Source: Hyphomonadaceae bacterium (lineage in GTDB: Bacteria; Pseudomonadota; Alphaproteobacteria; Caulobacterales; Hyphomonadaceae). From it: a DNA stretch of 64,000 nucleotides. The notes below the pieces were generated by a model that searched no databases, was not told the DNA's origin, and saw only the letters and a list, made by a program, of their open reading frames with translations. The DNA lies in assembly GCA_022760335.1 (NCBI GenBank), contig JALEGE010000170.1, positions 18,164 to 82,163 on the forward strand, in the 5' to 3' direction. The position numbers and the translations under genes were made by a program. Below, in pieces: positions 1-9,871 of the stretch. How positions within the stretch are numbered: position 1 is the stretch's first letter; the number at the start of each line of letters is the position of its first letter.

Positions 1-409
1 CGCACACCCAGGAAAGCCGCTCGCCATAGGGCGCCATCTCCTTGCGCGCCTTGCCAGCGGCCAGCATCTCCTCGTTTATGTCGCAGACGACCGCGGTGGC
101 TTCCGGCGCACCGACGCGGCGCTTCCCGGCCCGGTCGGCGCGATCCAGAAAGGCTTTCGCCAGATCGCCCGTCCCGCCGGCGACATCGAGCAGGCGCTCG
201 CCCGGCTGCGGGTTCACCCGCGCCATGGTGTCATGCTTCCACAGGCGATGGACGCCTGCGGACATCAGATCATTCATCAGGTCATAGCGCGAGGCGACCG
301 AAGCGAAGACGCCATGCACGCGCGCTTCCTTCTCCTCGGCGGCGATTTCCTCAAAGCCGAAGGAAACGGTTTCCTCATTTGCGGTGGCATCTGTCATCGG
401 ATCGACCAT
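1..409 (-). CDS. ubiE: UbiE/MenG-type C-methyltransferase (ubiquinone/menaquinone biosynthesis); N-terminal part only, the gene runs off the window
   Basis: My own reverse-strand translation from the ATG ending at 409: [59 protein letters not shown]...[12 protein letters not shown]. This is the classic UbiE N-terminus plus SAM motif I. It is absent from the ORF track because it is open at the edge. It lies divergent to mutM. Confidence 0.85.
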   Translation of the reverse strand, partial: MVDPMTDATANEETVSFGFEEIAAEEKEARVHGVFASVASRYDLMNDLMSAGVHRLWKHDTMARVNPQPGERLLDVAGGTGDLAKAFLDRADRAGKRRVGAPEATAVVCDINEEMLAAGKARKEMAPYGERLSWVC

Positions 410-444
410 AGTGCTTTGGGGTTTAACGCAATATAGCGCATGTC

Positions 445-1290
445 ATGCCTGAATTACCCGAAGTTGAAACAGTTCGGCGCGGTCTTGCCCCTGCGCTAGA
501 GGGCCGCACCATTACTCAGGCTGTGGTGCGGCGGGCCGATCTGCGCTTTCCGTTCCCGCGTGGATTTGCTGAGCGCCTGACGGGCGTGCAGGTCCTGCGA
601 CTGGGCCGGAAGGCGAAATTCCTCGCCATGGATCTCTCCACTGGCGAGACCCTGGTCATGCATCTGGGCATGTCCGGGCGCTTCACCGTGGAGGATGCAA
701 GGCTTGGCCTCTTCCACCAGGAGACCGGCACCAAACCGGCCCATGACCATGTCGTCTTTCACACCGATGGTGGCGGCCTGATCACCTATAATGACCCGCG
801 CCGCTTCGGCTTCATGGAGCTGTGGCCAACCGCGGATTTTGAGAACTATCCCCGCTTTGCCCATCTTGGCCCGGAGCCGCTGAGCAACGGCTTCCATCCC
901 GACTATCTGCTCAGTGCACTGAAGGGCAAGAAAACACCTATCAAGGCCGCGCTTCTGGATCAGAAACTCATCGCCGGGCTCGGCAATATCTATGTCTGCG
1001 AAGCTTTGTTCCGCGCCGGCATCTCGCCCCGGCGCAGCGCGGCGACTATCGGCAAGCTGCGCGCTGAGCGTCTGACTCGTGCGATCAACGCTGTCATCGC
1101 AGAGGCCATCGAGGCTGGCGGCTCCTCGCTGAAGGATTTCGCCGCCGCAAATGGCGATCTCGGCTATTTCCAGCACACATTCCGCGTCTATGACCGTGAA
1201 GGCGCGCCCTGTCAGACCTGCGGCGCGACGGTGAAGCGGATCGTGCAGTCGGGCCGCTCCAGCTTCTATTGCGGGAAATGCCAGCGGTGA
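445..1290 (+). CDS. mutM: Formamidopyrimidine-DNA glycosylase (Fpg/MutM)
   Basis: 281 aa. N-terminal MPELPEVE catalytic motif and a C-terminal zinc finger (CQTCGATV...YCGKCQ). Confidence 0.97.
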   Translation: MPELPEVETVRRGLAPALEGRTITQAVVRRADLRFPFPRGFAERLTGVQVLRLGRKAKFLAMDLSTGETLVMHLGMSGRFTVEDARLGLFHQETGTKPAHDHVVFHTDGGGLITYNDPRRFGFMELWPTADFENYPRFAHLGPEPLSNGFHPDYLLSALKGKKTPIKAALLDQKLIAGLGNIYVCEALFRAGISPRRSAATIGKLRAERLTRAINAVIAEAIEAGGSSLKDFAAANGDLGYFQHTFRVYDREGAPCQTCGATVKRIVQSGRSSFYCGKCQR

Positions 1291-1393
1291 ATTCGCGCGG
1301 GGCTTAACCGCGTGAAAGGGGAATGCGCTCGCGGGGTTTGCCGGCGCCCGTTAGGATTTCGGAAACCTTCGAAATTCGCTCCGGAGCGCCGCC

Positions 1394-1774
1394 ATGATCC
1401 GCCTGCTGACCGCCACATCCGCAATCTGTCTCGCCGCAGGATCTGCCGCCGCGCAGTCCCTGGCCGGCGGACCCGCGCCCAATATGGTGCGCCACGGCAC
1501 CGATGGCGCCTGCCAGTCAGTCGTCACCACCCAGTCGGAAAGCGGCGTGCGCATGCATCGCGGCACGTCCAGCGGCTGTGACGCGGTGCCAGCACAGGCC
1601 GCGCCCCAGCCTGCATCGCAATCCACCACAATTGTCGTGGATGTCGATACGACCGTCGAACTGCGCGACCGGCGCCTGGGCACCAGCCCCTATGTGCTCG
1701 GCGCCCCGCGCGGCGGGAAAGACGTGTATTACGGCACAAATCCCTATGTTCTGGGCGCACCGGGCGGGTTCTAG
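1394..1774 (+). CDS. Small exported hypothetical protein
   Basis: 126 aa. Signal peptide MIRLLTATSAICLAAGSAAAQ; GGAG about 8 nt upstream of the ATG; C-terminal tandem motif PYVLGAP(R)GG x2. No family recognised. Confidence 0.6.
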   Translation: MIRLLTATSAICLAAGSAAAQSLAGGPAPNMVRHGTDGACQSVVTTQSESGVRMHRGTSSGCDAVPAQAAPQPASQSTTIVVDVDTTVELRDRRLGTSPYVLGAPRGGKDVYYGTNPYVLGAPGGF

Positions 1775-1795
1775 CAACGTCTCCATCCATTGGAG

Positions 1796-1820
1796 CCCTC
1801 ATCCTGAGCGCAGACGAGGC
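1796..1820. repeat. Degenerate or half copy of a REP-like element with core GAGCG(G/C)AGACGA
   Basis: ccctcatcctgagcgcagacgaggc resembles the hairpin units at 10896, 19191 and 19254. The 3' arm is missing here, next to the IS relic. Confidence 0.5.
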
Positions 1821-1840
1821 AAGCTAACCTAACCACATAT

Positions 1841-2070
1841 GACCAATATCGCCGCAGACACCTGCGAAGGCAGGTGTCCATCTCCTGCATTTTCGTTGAG
1901 GCATTTGAGCCTTGTACGGTTGTAATTGTCTACGAGGGTGGGGATGAAGTCGTTTCTCTGCTGGTGTGTGTCGAAGCGGTTACGTCTGGCATTGCCGCCA
2001 TTTCCAGGGTGGCTGCGCAGGGCCTCTGAGAGGCGGCGGTTGAAGCGTTCGAAGGCGGCGGCCACGCTGG
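1841..2070 (-). mobile_element. Truncated relic of an IS481-like element (transposase C-terminal remnant only), copy 1
   Basis: This 230-nt stretch matches 10468-10697 with 4 mismatches by manual alignment. The minus strand encodes ...AAFERFNRRLSEALRSH..FDTHQQRNDFIPTLVDNYNRTRLKCLN, which looks like the C-terminal tail of a DDE integrase-type transposase. Similarity ends 12 nt before the stop codon of the vWA gene. Confidence 0.75.
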
Positions 2071-2082
2071 CATGGCGGCGCC

Positions 2083-3852
2083 CTAGTAAGGACCGTCCGA
2101 GCCTTCCGGCTCCAGCCGGGCTTGCGCGGCAGCAGTATTCGCAAGACGCGCCAGATTGATGAATTCCGCGCGATAGCCGAACTCGTCCGGGCCTTTCGAG
2201 GCCTGGGCCAGTTTGATCACCTGATCGAAGCCCCAGTCCGAGGCCGTATAGGGATCGCCGCGCAGGAGCTGGCCATAGCCGGCCACGGCCGTGGCGAACT
2301 GGGCCCATTGCGGGCTCGCCTCAATCGAGTCGTGGCGGTCGGCCACCGTGATCGGGCGGGTCACCAGTTCGCTTTCCTCTGCGCCGGGCGCCTTTTGGCG
2401 CAGTTTCAGGAAGGCATATTCGTTGGCGCGCGCCTCGCTCGCCGGATCGGGCGAGGGATTGTAGCGGCTGTCATCGATCAGGCGGGCATCGGAATCGGTG
2501 CGCGTGATCTCATAGATCGCCGTGACGGATGCGCCCGCGCCGATATCGCCGGCATCCACCGCATCATTGTTGAAATCCTCGCGGTTGAGCATGCGGGTTT
2601 CATAGCCGATCAGGCGGTATTCGGCGACGACATCCGGATTGAACTCAACCTGGATCTTCACATCATCGGCGATCGGGAAGAGATTGCTGGTGAGGTCATC
2701 ATTGAGGAGCTTGCGCGCCTCGTTCAGCGTGTCGACATAGGCCGCCGTGCCATTGCCGGTCTGGGCGATCTTCTGCATCAGGGCGTCATTATAATTGCCC
2801 CGGCCGAAGCCCATCACCGAGAGGTAGATGCCCGTCTCGCGTTTGCGGGAGACGAAATCCTCAAGGCGTTCAGGATCATTGATGCCGACATTGAAATCGC
2901 CATCGGTGAGCAGCATGACGCGATTGACGCCGTCTTCCTGGAAATTCTGCTCGGCCAGCGCATAGGCAAGGCGCAAGCCTTCGCCGCCGGCGGTCGAGCC
3001 ACCCGCGCCAAGATTCTCGAACGAGGCGAGAATCTTGCCCTTGTTTGCCTCGGTGGCGAGCGTCGGCTCCAGCACCTGCCCGGCCGCGCCGGCATAGACG
3101 GCGATCGAGATGGAATCCTGATCGGTCATCTGGTCGATCAGCAGAGCCAGAGCCTTCTTGGCGAGCGGCAACTTGTTGGCCTGCCCCATTGAGCCAGACA
3201 CATCCACAAGCAGGGTGAGGTTCAGCGGCGGGCGCTCATCAGGCTCGATATCATAGCCCTGAATGCCGACCTGCATCAGCTCACGCCCCTCTGCCCAGGG
3301 GCTGGGCGCGATATTGACGTTCATGGAGAAGGGGTTCTCCGGGCCTTCCGGCATCAGGTAGGTATAGTCGAAATAATTGATCAGTTCCTCGATGCGCACA
3401 GCATCCTTGGGCGGCAGGACGCCGTCATTGAGATAGGAGCGCACAACGCCATAACTGGCCGTATCGACATCGATGGAGAAGGTTGAGACCGGCTCTTCGG
3501 AGACCAGTTTCACCGGATTGATCTCGACATCCTCATACCGCTCGGTGTCGACATCACCCGGGATGGGCTGCGGCGCGGTCTGGGCCATCGGCGGCGGCGC
3601 CATGACGGGAGACGGCATTGCGCCAGCCATGTCGGCTGCAGCGCGCTGATTACCTGTCACCACGACAGATTCCAGGCCGGGCGGCGGCGGGGGCGGAGCT
3701 GGCGGCGGAGGGGGTGGTGGCGGCGGCGGAGGCGCCACAGCTTCGGCGACTTCAGGCGCCTCACCCGGCACCGGATCACTGGCGTGTTCGCACGCTGCAA
3801 GCATGGCGAGCGTCGCGGCACTGGCGAGCAATAAATGGTGTTTCCTGATCAT
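2083..3852 (-). CDS. von Willebrand factor type A lipoprotein, YfbK-like (vWA-interacting N-domain + VWA + DUF3520-like C-domain)
   Basis: Start chosen at MIRKHHLLLASAATLAMLAAC (lipobox LAAC) with GGAGGG 7 nt upstream. Poly-Pro linker; STFSIDVDTASYGVVRSYL and INYFDY motifs; MIDAS-type LLVDVSGSM. The ORF track has a longer version running to 3885. Confidence 0.9.
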   Translation of the reverse strand: MIRKHHLLLASAATLAMLAACEHASDPVPGEAPEVAEAVAPPPPPPPPPPPAPPPPPPGLESVVVTGNQRAAADMAGAMPSPVMAPPPMAQTAPQPIPGDVDTERYEDVEINPVKLVSEEPVSTFSIDVDTASYGVVRSYLNDGVLPPKDAVRIEELINYFDYTYLMPEGPENPFSMNVNIAPSPWAEGRELMQVGIQGYDIEPDERPPLNLTLLVDVSGSMGQANKLPLAKKALALLIDQMTDQDSISIAVYAGAAGQVLEPTLATEANKGKILASFENLGAGGSTAGGEGLRLAYALAEQNFQEDGVNRVMLLTDGDFNVGINDPERLEDFVSRKRETGIYLSVMGFGRGNYNDALMQKIAQTGNGTAAYVDTLNEARKLLNDDLTSNLFPIADDVKIQVEFNPDVVAEYRLIGYETRMLNREDFNNDAVDAGDIGAGASVTAIYEITRTDSDARLIDDSRYNPSPDPASEARANEYAFLKLRQKAPGAEESELVTRPITVADRHDSIEASPQWAQFATAVAGYGQLLRGDPYTASDWGFDQVIKLAQASKGPDEFGYRAEFINLARLANTAAAQARLEPEGSDGPY

Positions 3853-3961
3853 GTAACGTCCCTCCGAAAACTGGATCCCGGCCACTCAGCCTGTCCAATC
3901 TGTCATCTTTGCGGCAAGCTGGTGCCGGTTGTGAGGTCAGCGCGGTTGAGCCCCGCATGCC

Positions 3962-5887
3962 TCACTCAGTCATCTGGGCTTCATACCAGCGTTCCATGTC
4001 ACTTTCGAGTTGCGCAAGGGGCCGTGGCCCGCCGGCCAGCAAAGTGTAATGGAAAGCCGCCGCATCAAAGCGCGGGCCGAGCACCGCTTCTGCGCGCGCG
4101 CGCAAGGCTCGGATCTGCTGCGCCCCGCCCGTATAGGCGGCGGCCTGGCCTGGCCAGACGACCAGGCGATTGATCTCGGCTTCTGCTGCCGCCTGTGGCA
4201 GCCCTGCGCTGGCGACCAGATATTCCACCGCTTCCTCGCGGCTCCAGCGCATGCGGTGGAGACCTGTATCGGCGACCATGCGTGCGGCACTGAACATCTG
4301 GCTGTGCAGGATGCCGATTTCGACCAGCGGATCCTCCGCATAAACCCCCGCCTCCAGGGCCAGTGTCTCAGCATAAGTCGCCCAGCCCTCGCCATAGCCG
4401 GTCACCCACATCAACTGACGAATGCGCGGCAGGCCCGCCACCTCCATGGCAAAGCTCGCTTCGGTATGATGGCCCGGCACGGTCTCGTGAAACACAAGGG
4501 CCGGGATCTTGTAGCGCGGCCACAACTCCGGCTGCTGCAGATTGACTCGGAACAGGCCCGGCGCGCTGCCATCAGGCGCGGGCGGCGTGTACAACGCTGA
4601 AGCCGGCAGATGGGCATCTGCGCTTGCAATCGCCGCACGGACCGGCAGATCGGGCATGCGCGCGACCCAGGCGGCCATGTCGCGCCGGGCGAGATTCAAG
4701 GTCCGGTTGATCTCGGTCAGGATGGCCGCGCGGCCCTCAGGCGTCGCCTCGAAAACCTGGTCAGGCCGCTGGCTCAGCGCCGCCAGCTGCTCGGCCACAC
4801 TTGGCGCTGGAAGGCGGTCTGCGGCACCTTCTACCACAGACGCAGGCGCCCGGTCTGCAGCATTGCCGGCCTGCGGCTCAAGAGCGGCAAGCGCTGTGGA
4901 CAAGCGTGCGTCCAGGGCTTCCACCTCCGCACGGCCCTCCCGGTGCAGGCTTTCAGCGGTAATGCCCGGGCGCACATGCATGGCCAAAACCGCGTCATAA
5001 TAAGCATCGCCGTCGGGCAGGGCCCAGACACCGGGCACCTCGCTGGCGGTTTCCTTCAAATGCTCCACCGCTTCGGCGAGACGAGTATAGGCCGGCCGGA
5101 TCCGCGTCTGCATGGCCAACAGAGCATCCTCGCGCAGAGATTGCACGACCTGCCCATCCGCCTCACTGAGCCCAGTGAGCTGGTTTTCGAAGGCAATTAC
5201 AAGCCGATCCTGCTCTATGGGGACGACCAGATCGCGCGCCAGCCGCGCCGACATCTCTTCCAGGATGAACAGCGGCGGCACCACGCCGGACTCAGCATCG
5301 GCCACCAGTCTGAGACGGGCATCATCCACTGCACTGGCCAGGGCGACCAGTCTTGATAGATAGGCTTCGGCATCTTCCCGGCTGGCGATCCGCTGGCGAC
5401 GGGAGAGCAAGTTCGGCAGATCGACCCAGACACCGGAGCGATGGTCCATGACATACGGATAAGCATCGCCGAGCGCGACGCGGCCATGACCGAACTCACC
5501 AATCCGCACCGCATCATCATAAACGCGCAAGACAACTTCCTGATGTCCGCGCAAAGCACTGCCTTCAGGCGCCAGAGGCAGGGCTTCGAGCAGTTTCAGC
5601 GCTTCGATCCTGCGCAGACGCAAACGTTCGAACGCGGCCTGCGACTTGTCACCGAACACGGCGTTCTCGCGCACGCTGAGTTGCCCTTTCGGCAGACCAA
5701 GGCGTGTGACCAATTCCGGTGCTGCGCTCAGCTCCATTCTCGAAAGTGTATCAAAAAGTTCACTCGACTGACGCGCAACCTGCCGTGAGGGTTGGCCCCG
5801 GTCCGCCGGCGCACACGCCACAGGCGAGGCCAGAAGAACAAGCCCAGCGGCGGCAGCGAGCACCAGGAAGCGAGAATATCGAAACAT
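3962..5887 (-). CDS. DUF885 family protein (exported)
   Basis: Signature FHETVPGHHTE. N-terminal signal-like MFRYSRFLVLAAAAGLVLLASPVAC. The track ORF begins at a TTG at 5917; the ATG at 5887 is preferred, but the start is uncertain. Confidence 0.85.
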   Translation of the reverse strand: MFRYSRFLVLAAAAGLVLLASPVACAPADRGQPSRQVARQSSELFDTLSRMELSAAPELVTRLGLPKGQLSVRENAVFGDKSQAAFERLRLRRIEALKLLEALPLAPEGSALRGHQEVVLRVYDDAVRIGEFGHGRVALGDAYPYVMDHRSGVWVDLPNLLSRRQRIASREDAEAYLSRLVALASAVDDARLRLVADAESGVVPPLFILEEMSARLARDLVVPIEQDRLVIAFENQLTGLSEADGQVVQSLREDALLAMQTRIRPAYTRLAEAVEHLKETASEVPGVWALPDGDAYYDAVLAMHVRPGITAESLHREGRAEVEALDARLSTALAALEPQAGNAADRAPASVVEGAADRLPAPSVAEQLAALSQRPDQVFEATPEGRAAILTEINRTLNLARRDMAAWVARMPDLPVRAAIASADAHLPASALYTPPAPDGSAPGLFRVNLQQPELWPRYKIPALVFHETVPGHHTEASFAMEVAGLPRIRQLMWVTGYGEGWATYAETLALEAGVYAEDPLVEIGILHSQMFSAARMVADTGLHRMRWSREEAVEYLVASAGLPQAAAEAEINRLVVWPGQAAAYTGGAQQIRALRARAEAVLGPRFDAAAFHYTLLAGGPRPLAQLESDMERWYEAQMTE

Positions 5888-6022
5888 CGGCGCCAAAGTG
5901 GTGTGGTCCGCATGCAAGGTAAAGCCGGTTTAAGCGCAGTAACCGCATCTCTGGCGGTTGTGACCCTCTTGCTAATCGGTTAAGCGTCCGCCGCACAAGA
6001 CCACGAGACGAGGAGCAGATCC

Positions 6023-6877
6023 GTGGAAAACTCCAATACGCCCCCCACCCAACCTCCAGGTCAACCGATGGGAAATCCCGGCGTCCCGGCCGGCGGCGCC
6101 CAACTGACTGGCAATGTGCTGTTTTACAAGCAGCCTGAGCCGCTCTCTCCGGAAGCCCATGGCGCCCTTGGCGTCAAGCAGATCTCCCAGCCCTTCAGCT
6201 TTCTGCGCGATGCGCATGCGGTCCCGGTTACAGTGACCGAGTTCGGCATGGCCGCCAGCGCCTATCCGGTGATCTTTGTAGGCGAGGAGCGCGTCCCGGT
6301 CGCCGTCATGGGTGTGCGCCAGGGCCAGAACCTGTTCGTCACCGCAGACGGCATGACCGAGCAGGACTATTATGTTCCCGCCTTTGTCCGCCGCTATCCC
6401 TTCGTGTTTGCAGCCGACAACAATTCCGACCGTCTGCTGCTGTGCGTCGACCGCTCTGCACCGATGGTGTCTGACCAGCCGGAAATTCCCTTCTTCGAGA
6501 ATGGCCAGCCGTCGAAGTTCACCTCTGACGCCATCGAGTTCTGCAAGGAATTCGAGCGTCAGCGCCGTGCTACCTCGGAATTTGCTGAGATCCTGAAGAA
6601 GTTCGATCTGTTCGAACAGAAATCCGTGGCCTTCCAGCCGCGCGATCCCGCCGGCAACCCGGTTGGCCAGCAACAGAAGATCGCTGACTATTGGGCCGTT
6701 TCGGAAGAAAAACTGAACGCTCTTCCGGCCGAGCAGTTCATGGAACTGAAGAATAATGGCGCTGTCGGTGCGATCTATGCCCACCTGATCTCGCTGCTCA
6801 ACTGGTCGCGCATCATTCAGCGTGCCATCCGCGCCAATCAGGGCCAGCCGGCTCCGGCCGCTGCTCCGCAGGCCTGA
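6023..6877 (+). CDS. SapC family protein
   Basis: 284 aa. SapC-like motifs AVPVTVTEFGMAASAYPVIF and YVPAFVRRYPFVFA. GTG start with GAGGAG 7 nt upstream. Confidence 0.85.
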   Translation: MENSNTPPTQPPGQPMGNPGVPAGGAQLTGNVLFYKQPEPLSPEAHGALGVKQISQPFSFLRDAHAVPVTVTEFGMAASAYPVIFVGEERVPVAVMGVRQGQNLFVTADGMTEQDYYVPAFVRRYPFVFAADNNSDRLLLCVDRSAPMVSDQPEIPFFENGQPSKFTSDAIEFCKEFERQRRATSEFAEILKKFDLFEQKSVAFQPRDPAGNPVGQQQKIADYWAVSEEKLNALPAEQFMELKNNGAVGAIYAHLISLLNWSRIIQRAIRANQGQPAPAAAPQA

Positions 6878-6905
6878 TTGCAGGCTAAAGCGCAATTGAC
6901 ACGCG

Positions 6906-6933
6906 AAGGGCGGCTCATTCGGGCCGCCCTTTT
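6906..6933 (+). terminator. Rho-independent terminator candidate after the SapC gene
   Basis: aagggcggc-tcattcgg-gccgccctt followed by tt: a 9-bp GC-rich stem and a short T run. Confidence 0.6.
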
Positions 6934-7027
6934 GCATATGCCGTTCGGGCTCAAGATTTCGCGAGGCCAGTTGCACTGGCAGGGCTTGCGCGCATATCCC
7001 CGCAGACAGGAAACCAGAGTGACGAGA

Positions 7028-9157
7028 ATGATGCGTGTTCTGATCATGGCCCTTATGGCGCTCTGCGCGGCGCTCAGCGCCCGGGCCGAGCCATATGATG
7101 GCGGCCATGCCCGTGTGGAGCTGATTTCTGAACGTCAGGTCGCCCTGCCCGGCGAGACGCTCTATCTCGCGCTCGACAAGACGCTGGACCCGGACTGGCA
7201 CGTATATTGGCGCAATGCCGGGGATGCTGGTCTGCCTCCGGAGATCTTTTGGGAAGACGACAGTCCCCTGGGCGAGCGCACGCGCGATGCCGACTTCACC
7301 TGGCCGCTGCCGAAGCTTTTGCCCGTGGTCGAGGGCGAGATCATGGATTACGGCTATGATGATGCCCTTACCTTGCCTTTCCAAGTGACCATTCCCGAGG
7401 ATGCGGTGGGCTCAATCCGGTTCCAGGGCGTGGCAGATTATCTGATCTGCAAGGATATCTGCATCCCCGAAACCGCGCCGGTCTCGCTCACCATTTTCAT
7501 TGGCGAGGCTCAGGAACCCAATCTCGCGCATGCCGAAAAGATCGCCGCGGCGCTGGCCAGTGCGCCGGTACCGTTCGAAGGCGAAGCCGTCGCCATGCTG
7601 GCCGATGAAGAAACGCTTCAGCTCAGCCTTGCGCCGGGCGAGGCCACCCGGTTGGACGGCCAGACCCTTCGCTTTTTCCCGTATGAGAACGAGATTTTCC
7701 ACGCCCTCGCCCAAAGCCAGAGCGTGGGTGCAAACGGCGCGAGCCTGAACCTGCCGAAAGACCCACGCGAACCGCTTGGCGAGGCGCTCGCGGGCGTCAT
7801 CGCCGCCACCGCACCGGACGGCACGCGCACGGGCTATATCATCCGCGCTTCAATCACCGACGCGCCGCTGGCCGGGACATATGGCACGCCCTTCCGGGGG
7901 CAGAGCGGTGCGGCAAGCCGGACCAGTGTAAACCTCCTCCTGCTCGCCGGGCTCGCCCTGCTCGGCGGTCTGGTTCTGAACCTCATGCCCTGCGTCCTGC
8001 CGGTGCTCACCATCAAGGCCATGGGCATGGTCTCAGCCGCCAGCAAGGGCGAGGATGCCCATCTGCGCGCACATGGGCTCTGGTACACTGCCGGCGTACT
8101 GATCTCTTTCGCGGCTCTGGCCGCTGCCTTTGTCGCCCTGCGCAGTATGGGGGAGTTCTGGGCGCTGGGATCGCTGCTGCAATATCCGATCATCGTTGCC
8201 GTGCTGGCCATGGGCGCCTTCCTGCTTGGCCTTTGGCTGCTTGGCATGTTCGAAGCCGGTGGGTCGCTGCAAAATCTCGGCGCAGCATCGGCGAACCGAG
8301 GCGGTGTGATCGGTGCCTTCGCCACCGGCGCGCTCGCCGCCACAGCAGGTGCGCCCTGTGTCGGACCCTTTGTCGGGGCTTCCCTCGGCGCGGTGCTGGA
8401 GCGTCCGGCCCCAGAGGTGTTCTTCATTTATCTGATGCTGGGCCTTGGCCAGGCGCTCCCTTTCCTGGTGCTTAGCTTCGTGCCGGGCCTCGCCCGCCAC
8501 CTGCCCAAGCCCGGCGCCTGGATGGAGCGTGTGAAGCAGTTCTTCGCCTTCCCCATGTTTCTCAGCGCGGCGGCTCTGCTCTTCGTGTTGGGCGACCAGG
8601 CCGGCACGGGCGCGGTTGCCTGGCTGGTGATGGGCGCGGCGTTGGTCGCGTTCGGCATCTGGGCGCTGAAAACCGCAGGCGGGCGGCTGAAACCCATCGC
8701 CATGGTGGCCGGCGCGCTCGCCCTGATCGGCGGGCTCTCCCTGCCGCTCTCGACCGCGCGTACGCTCGACCCATCCGAAACCAGCTCCACCGCCTATGCG
8801 GCCCGGTATGAAACCGAGCCGTGGAGCCCGGAGCGGGTGGCCGAGCTCACCGCCGAAGGGCGCGGTGTGTTTGTCGATTTCACCGCCACCTGGTGCATGA
8901 TCTGCCAGGCCAACAAGCGCACCACCTTGACCAAGCCCGACGTGCTGGCAGCCATGGAGGCGGCAAACATCACCTTCCTGGTGGCCGATTTCACGAACAA
9001 GGATCCGGTGATCGCCGAAGAGCTGAAACAGCGCGGCCGGCCCGGTGTGCCCATGTATTTGCTCTATGGCCCGGGCCAGCACGAGCCGGCCCTGTTGCCG
9101 CAAACCCTGAGCCCGGCATTGATGAAACGCGAAATCGCCGCAGTGAGAGCCGATTAA
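7028..9157 (+). CDS. DsbD/ScsB-family protein-disulfide reductase (periplasmic N-domain + CcdA-like membrane core + C-terminal thioredoxin)
   Basis: Start at MMRVLIMALMALCAALSARA (signal peptide). Membrane-core Cys motifs NLMPCVLPVL and GAPCVGPF. C-terminal thioredoxin motif FTATWCMICQ. The track ORF extends to 6878 through the upstream terminator, so that extension was rejected. Confidence 0.9.
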   Translation: MMRVLIMALMALCAALSARAEPYDGGHARVELISERQVALPGETLYLALDKTLDPDWHVYWRNAGDAGLPPEIFWEDDSPLGERTRDADFTWPLPKLLPVVEGEIMDYGYDDALTLPFQVTIPEDAVGSIRFQGVADYLICKDICIPETAPVSLTIFIGEAQEPNLAHAEKIAAALASAPVPFEGEAVAMLADEETLQLSLAPGEATRLDGQTLRFFPYENEIFHALAQSQSVGANGASLNLPKDPREPLGEALAGVIAATAPDGTRTGYIIRASITDAPLAGTYGTPFRGQSGAASRTSVNLLLLAGLALLGGLVLNLMPCVLPVLTIKAMGMVSAASKGEDAHLRAHGLWYTAGVLISFAALAAAFVALRSMGEFWALGSLLQYPIIVAVLAMGAFLLGLWLLGMFEAGGSLQNLGAASANRGGVIGAFATGALAATAGAPCVGPFVGASLGAVLERPAPEVFFIYLMLGLGQALPFLVLSFVPGLARHLPKPGAWMERVKQFFAFPMFLSAAALLFVLGDQAGTGAVAWLVMGAALVAFGIWALKTAGGRLKPIAMVAGALALIGGLSLPLSTARTLDPSETSSTAYAARYETEPWSPERVAELTAEGRGVFVDFTATWCMICQANKRTTLTKPDVLAAMEAANITFLVADFTNKDPVIAEELKQRGRPGVPMYLLYGPGQHEPALLPQTLSPALMKREIAAVRAD

Positions 9158-9220
9158 CCGGAACCGATCTCTGTGTCATAGTGTTCTTAGTCGGCGGGGC
9201 GTTCAGAAGGACGGAGCACG

Positions 9221-9871
9221 ATGAAGATGAACAAGCAGAATTTGTTGCTGATCGGCGGCATGGCCGCAGCGGTGTGCCTGACCGTTGGCGCCATGATCGC
9301 CTCCACCGCCCAGGGCGAGACGCCCGCACTGGTGACAGGGGCTGAGGCGCCGGGCTTCACCGGCCTGACCTCCACGGGCGAGACGATCTCACTGTCAGAC
9401 TTTGCCGGCCAACGCGTGGTGCTGGAATGGACCAATCATGACTGCCCCTTCGTGCGCAAACACTATGATGGCGAGCACACGAACATGCAGTCGCAACAGC
9501 TGGCGGCCAATGCCGAAGACATTGTCTGGCTGACGATCATTTCCTCCGCGCCCGGAAAGCAGGGCCATGTCACCCCGGACATGGCCAATGAGCTGACCAC
9601 CTCGCGCGGCGCCGCGCCCGATCATGTCATTCTGGATGAAAGCGGCGATATCGGCCGGGCCTATGACGCCAAGACCACGCCGCACATGTATATCATCGAA
9701 CCGGACGGCACGCTGGCCTATCAGGGCGCGATCGATTCCATCCCCTCGGCGCGCACGCGCGATATTCCCACCGCCCTGCAATATGTGAATGCGGCGCTGG
9801 ATTCGCTCGCGGCTGGGGAAGAGCCCGAGGTGGACTCCAGCAAGGCTTATGGCTGTTCCGTCAAATACTGA
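9221..9871 (+). CDS. Periplasmic thioredoxin-fold redoxin (AhpC/TSA, PRX-like1-type) with a single active-site Cys
   Basis: 216 aa. Signal peptide; WTNHDCPFVRKHY resembles the PRX-like1 CNHCPYV region but lacks the first Cys. GGAG lies upstream. It is 63 nt downstream of the DsbD-like gene. Confidence 0.8.
   Translation: MKMNKQNLLLIGGMAAAVCLTVGAMIASTAQGETPALVTGAEAPGFTGLTSTGETISLSDFAGQRVVLEWTNHDCPFVRKHYDGEHTNMQSQQLAANAEDIVWLTIISSAPGKQGHVTPDMANELTTSRGAAPDHVILDESGDIGRAYDAKTTPHMYIIEPDGTLAYQGAIDSIPSARTRDIPTALQYVNAALDSLAAGEEPEVDSSKAYGCSVKY

Noticed and set aside
2122-3192. 356-aa plus-strand ORF
   Set aside because: It lies antisense to the vWA (YfbK-like) gene, which has strong family motifs.
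6878-7027. Upstream extension of the DsbD-like ORF
   Set aside because: It would read through the SapC terminator hairpin. The signal peptide starts at 7028.
5972-7384. 470-aa ORF on the minus strand
   Set aside because: It lies antisense to the clearly recognisable SapC gene and to the start of the DsbD-like gene. The sequence is Arg/Gly/Ala/Leu-rich with no motif. This is the typical long shadow ORF seen in high-GC DNA.
8033-9103. 356-aa minus-strand ORF, plus several nested ORFs
   Set aside because: They lie antisense to the DsbD-like gene and have low-complexity Arg/Gly-rich composition.
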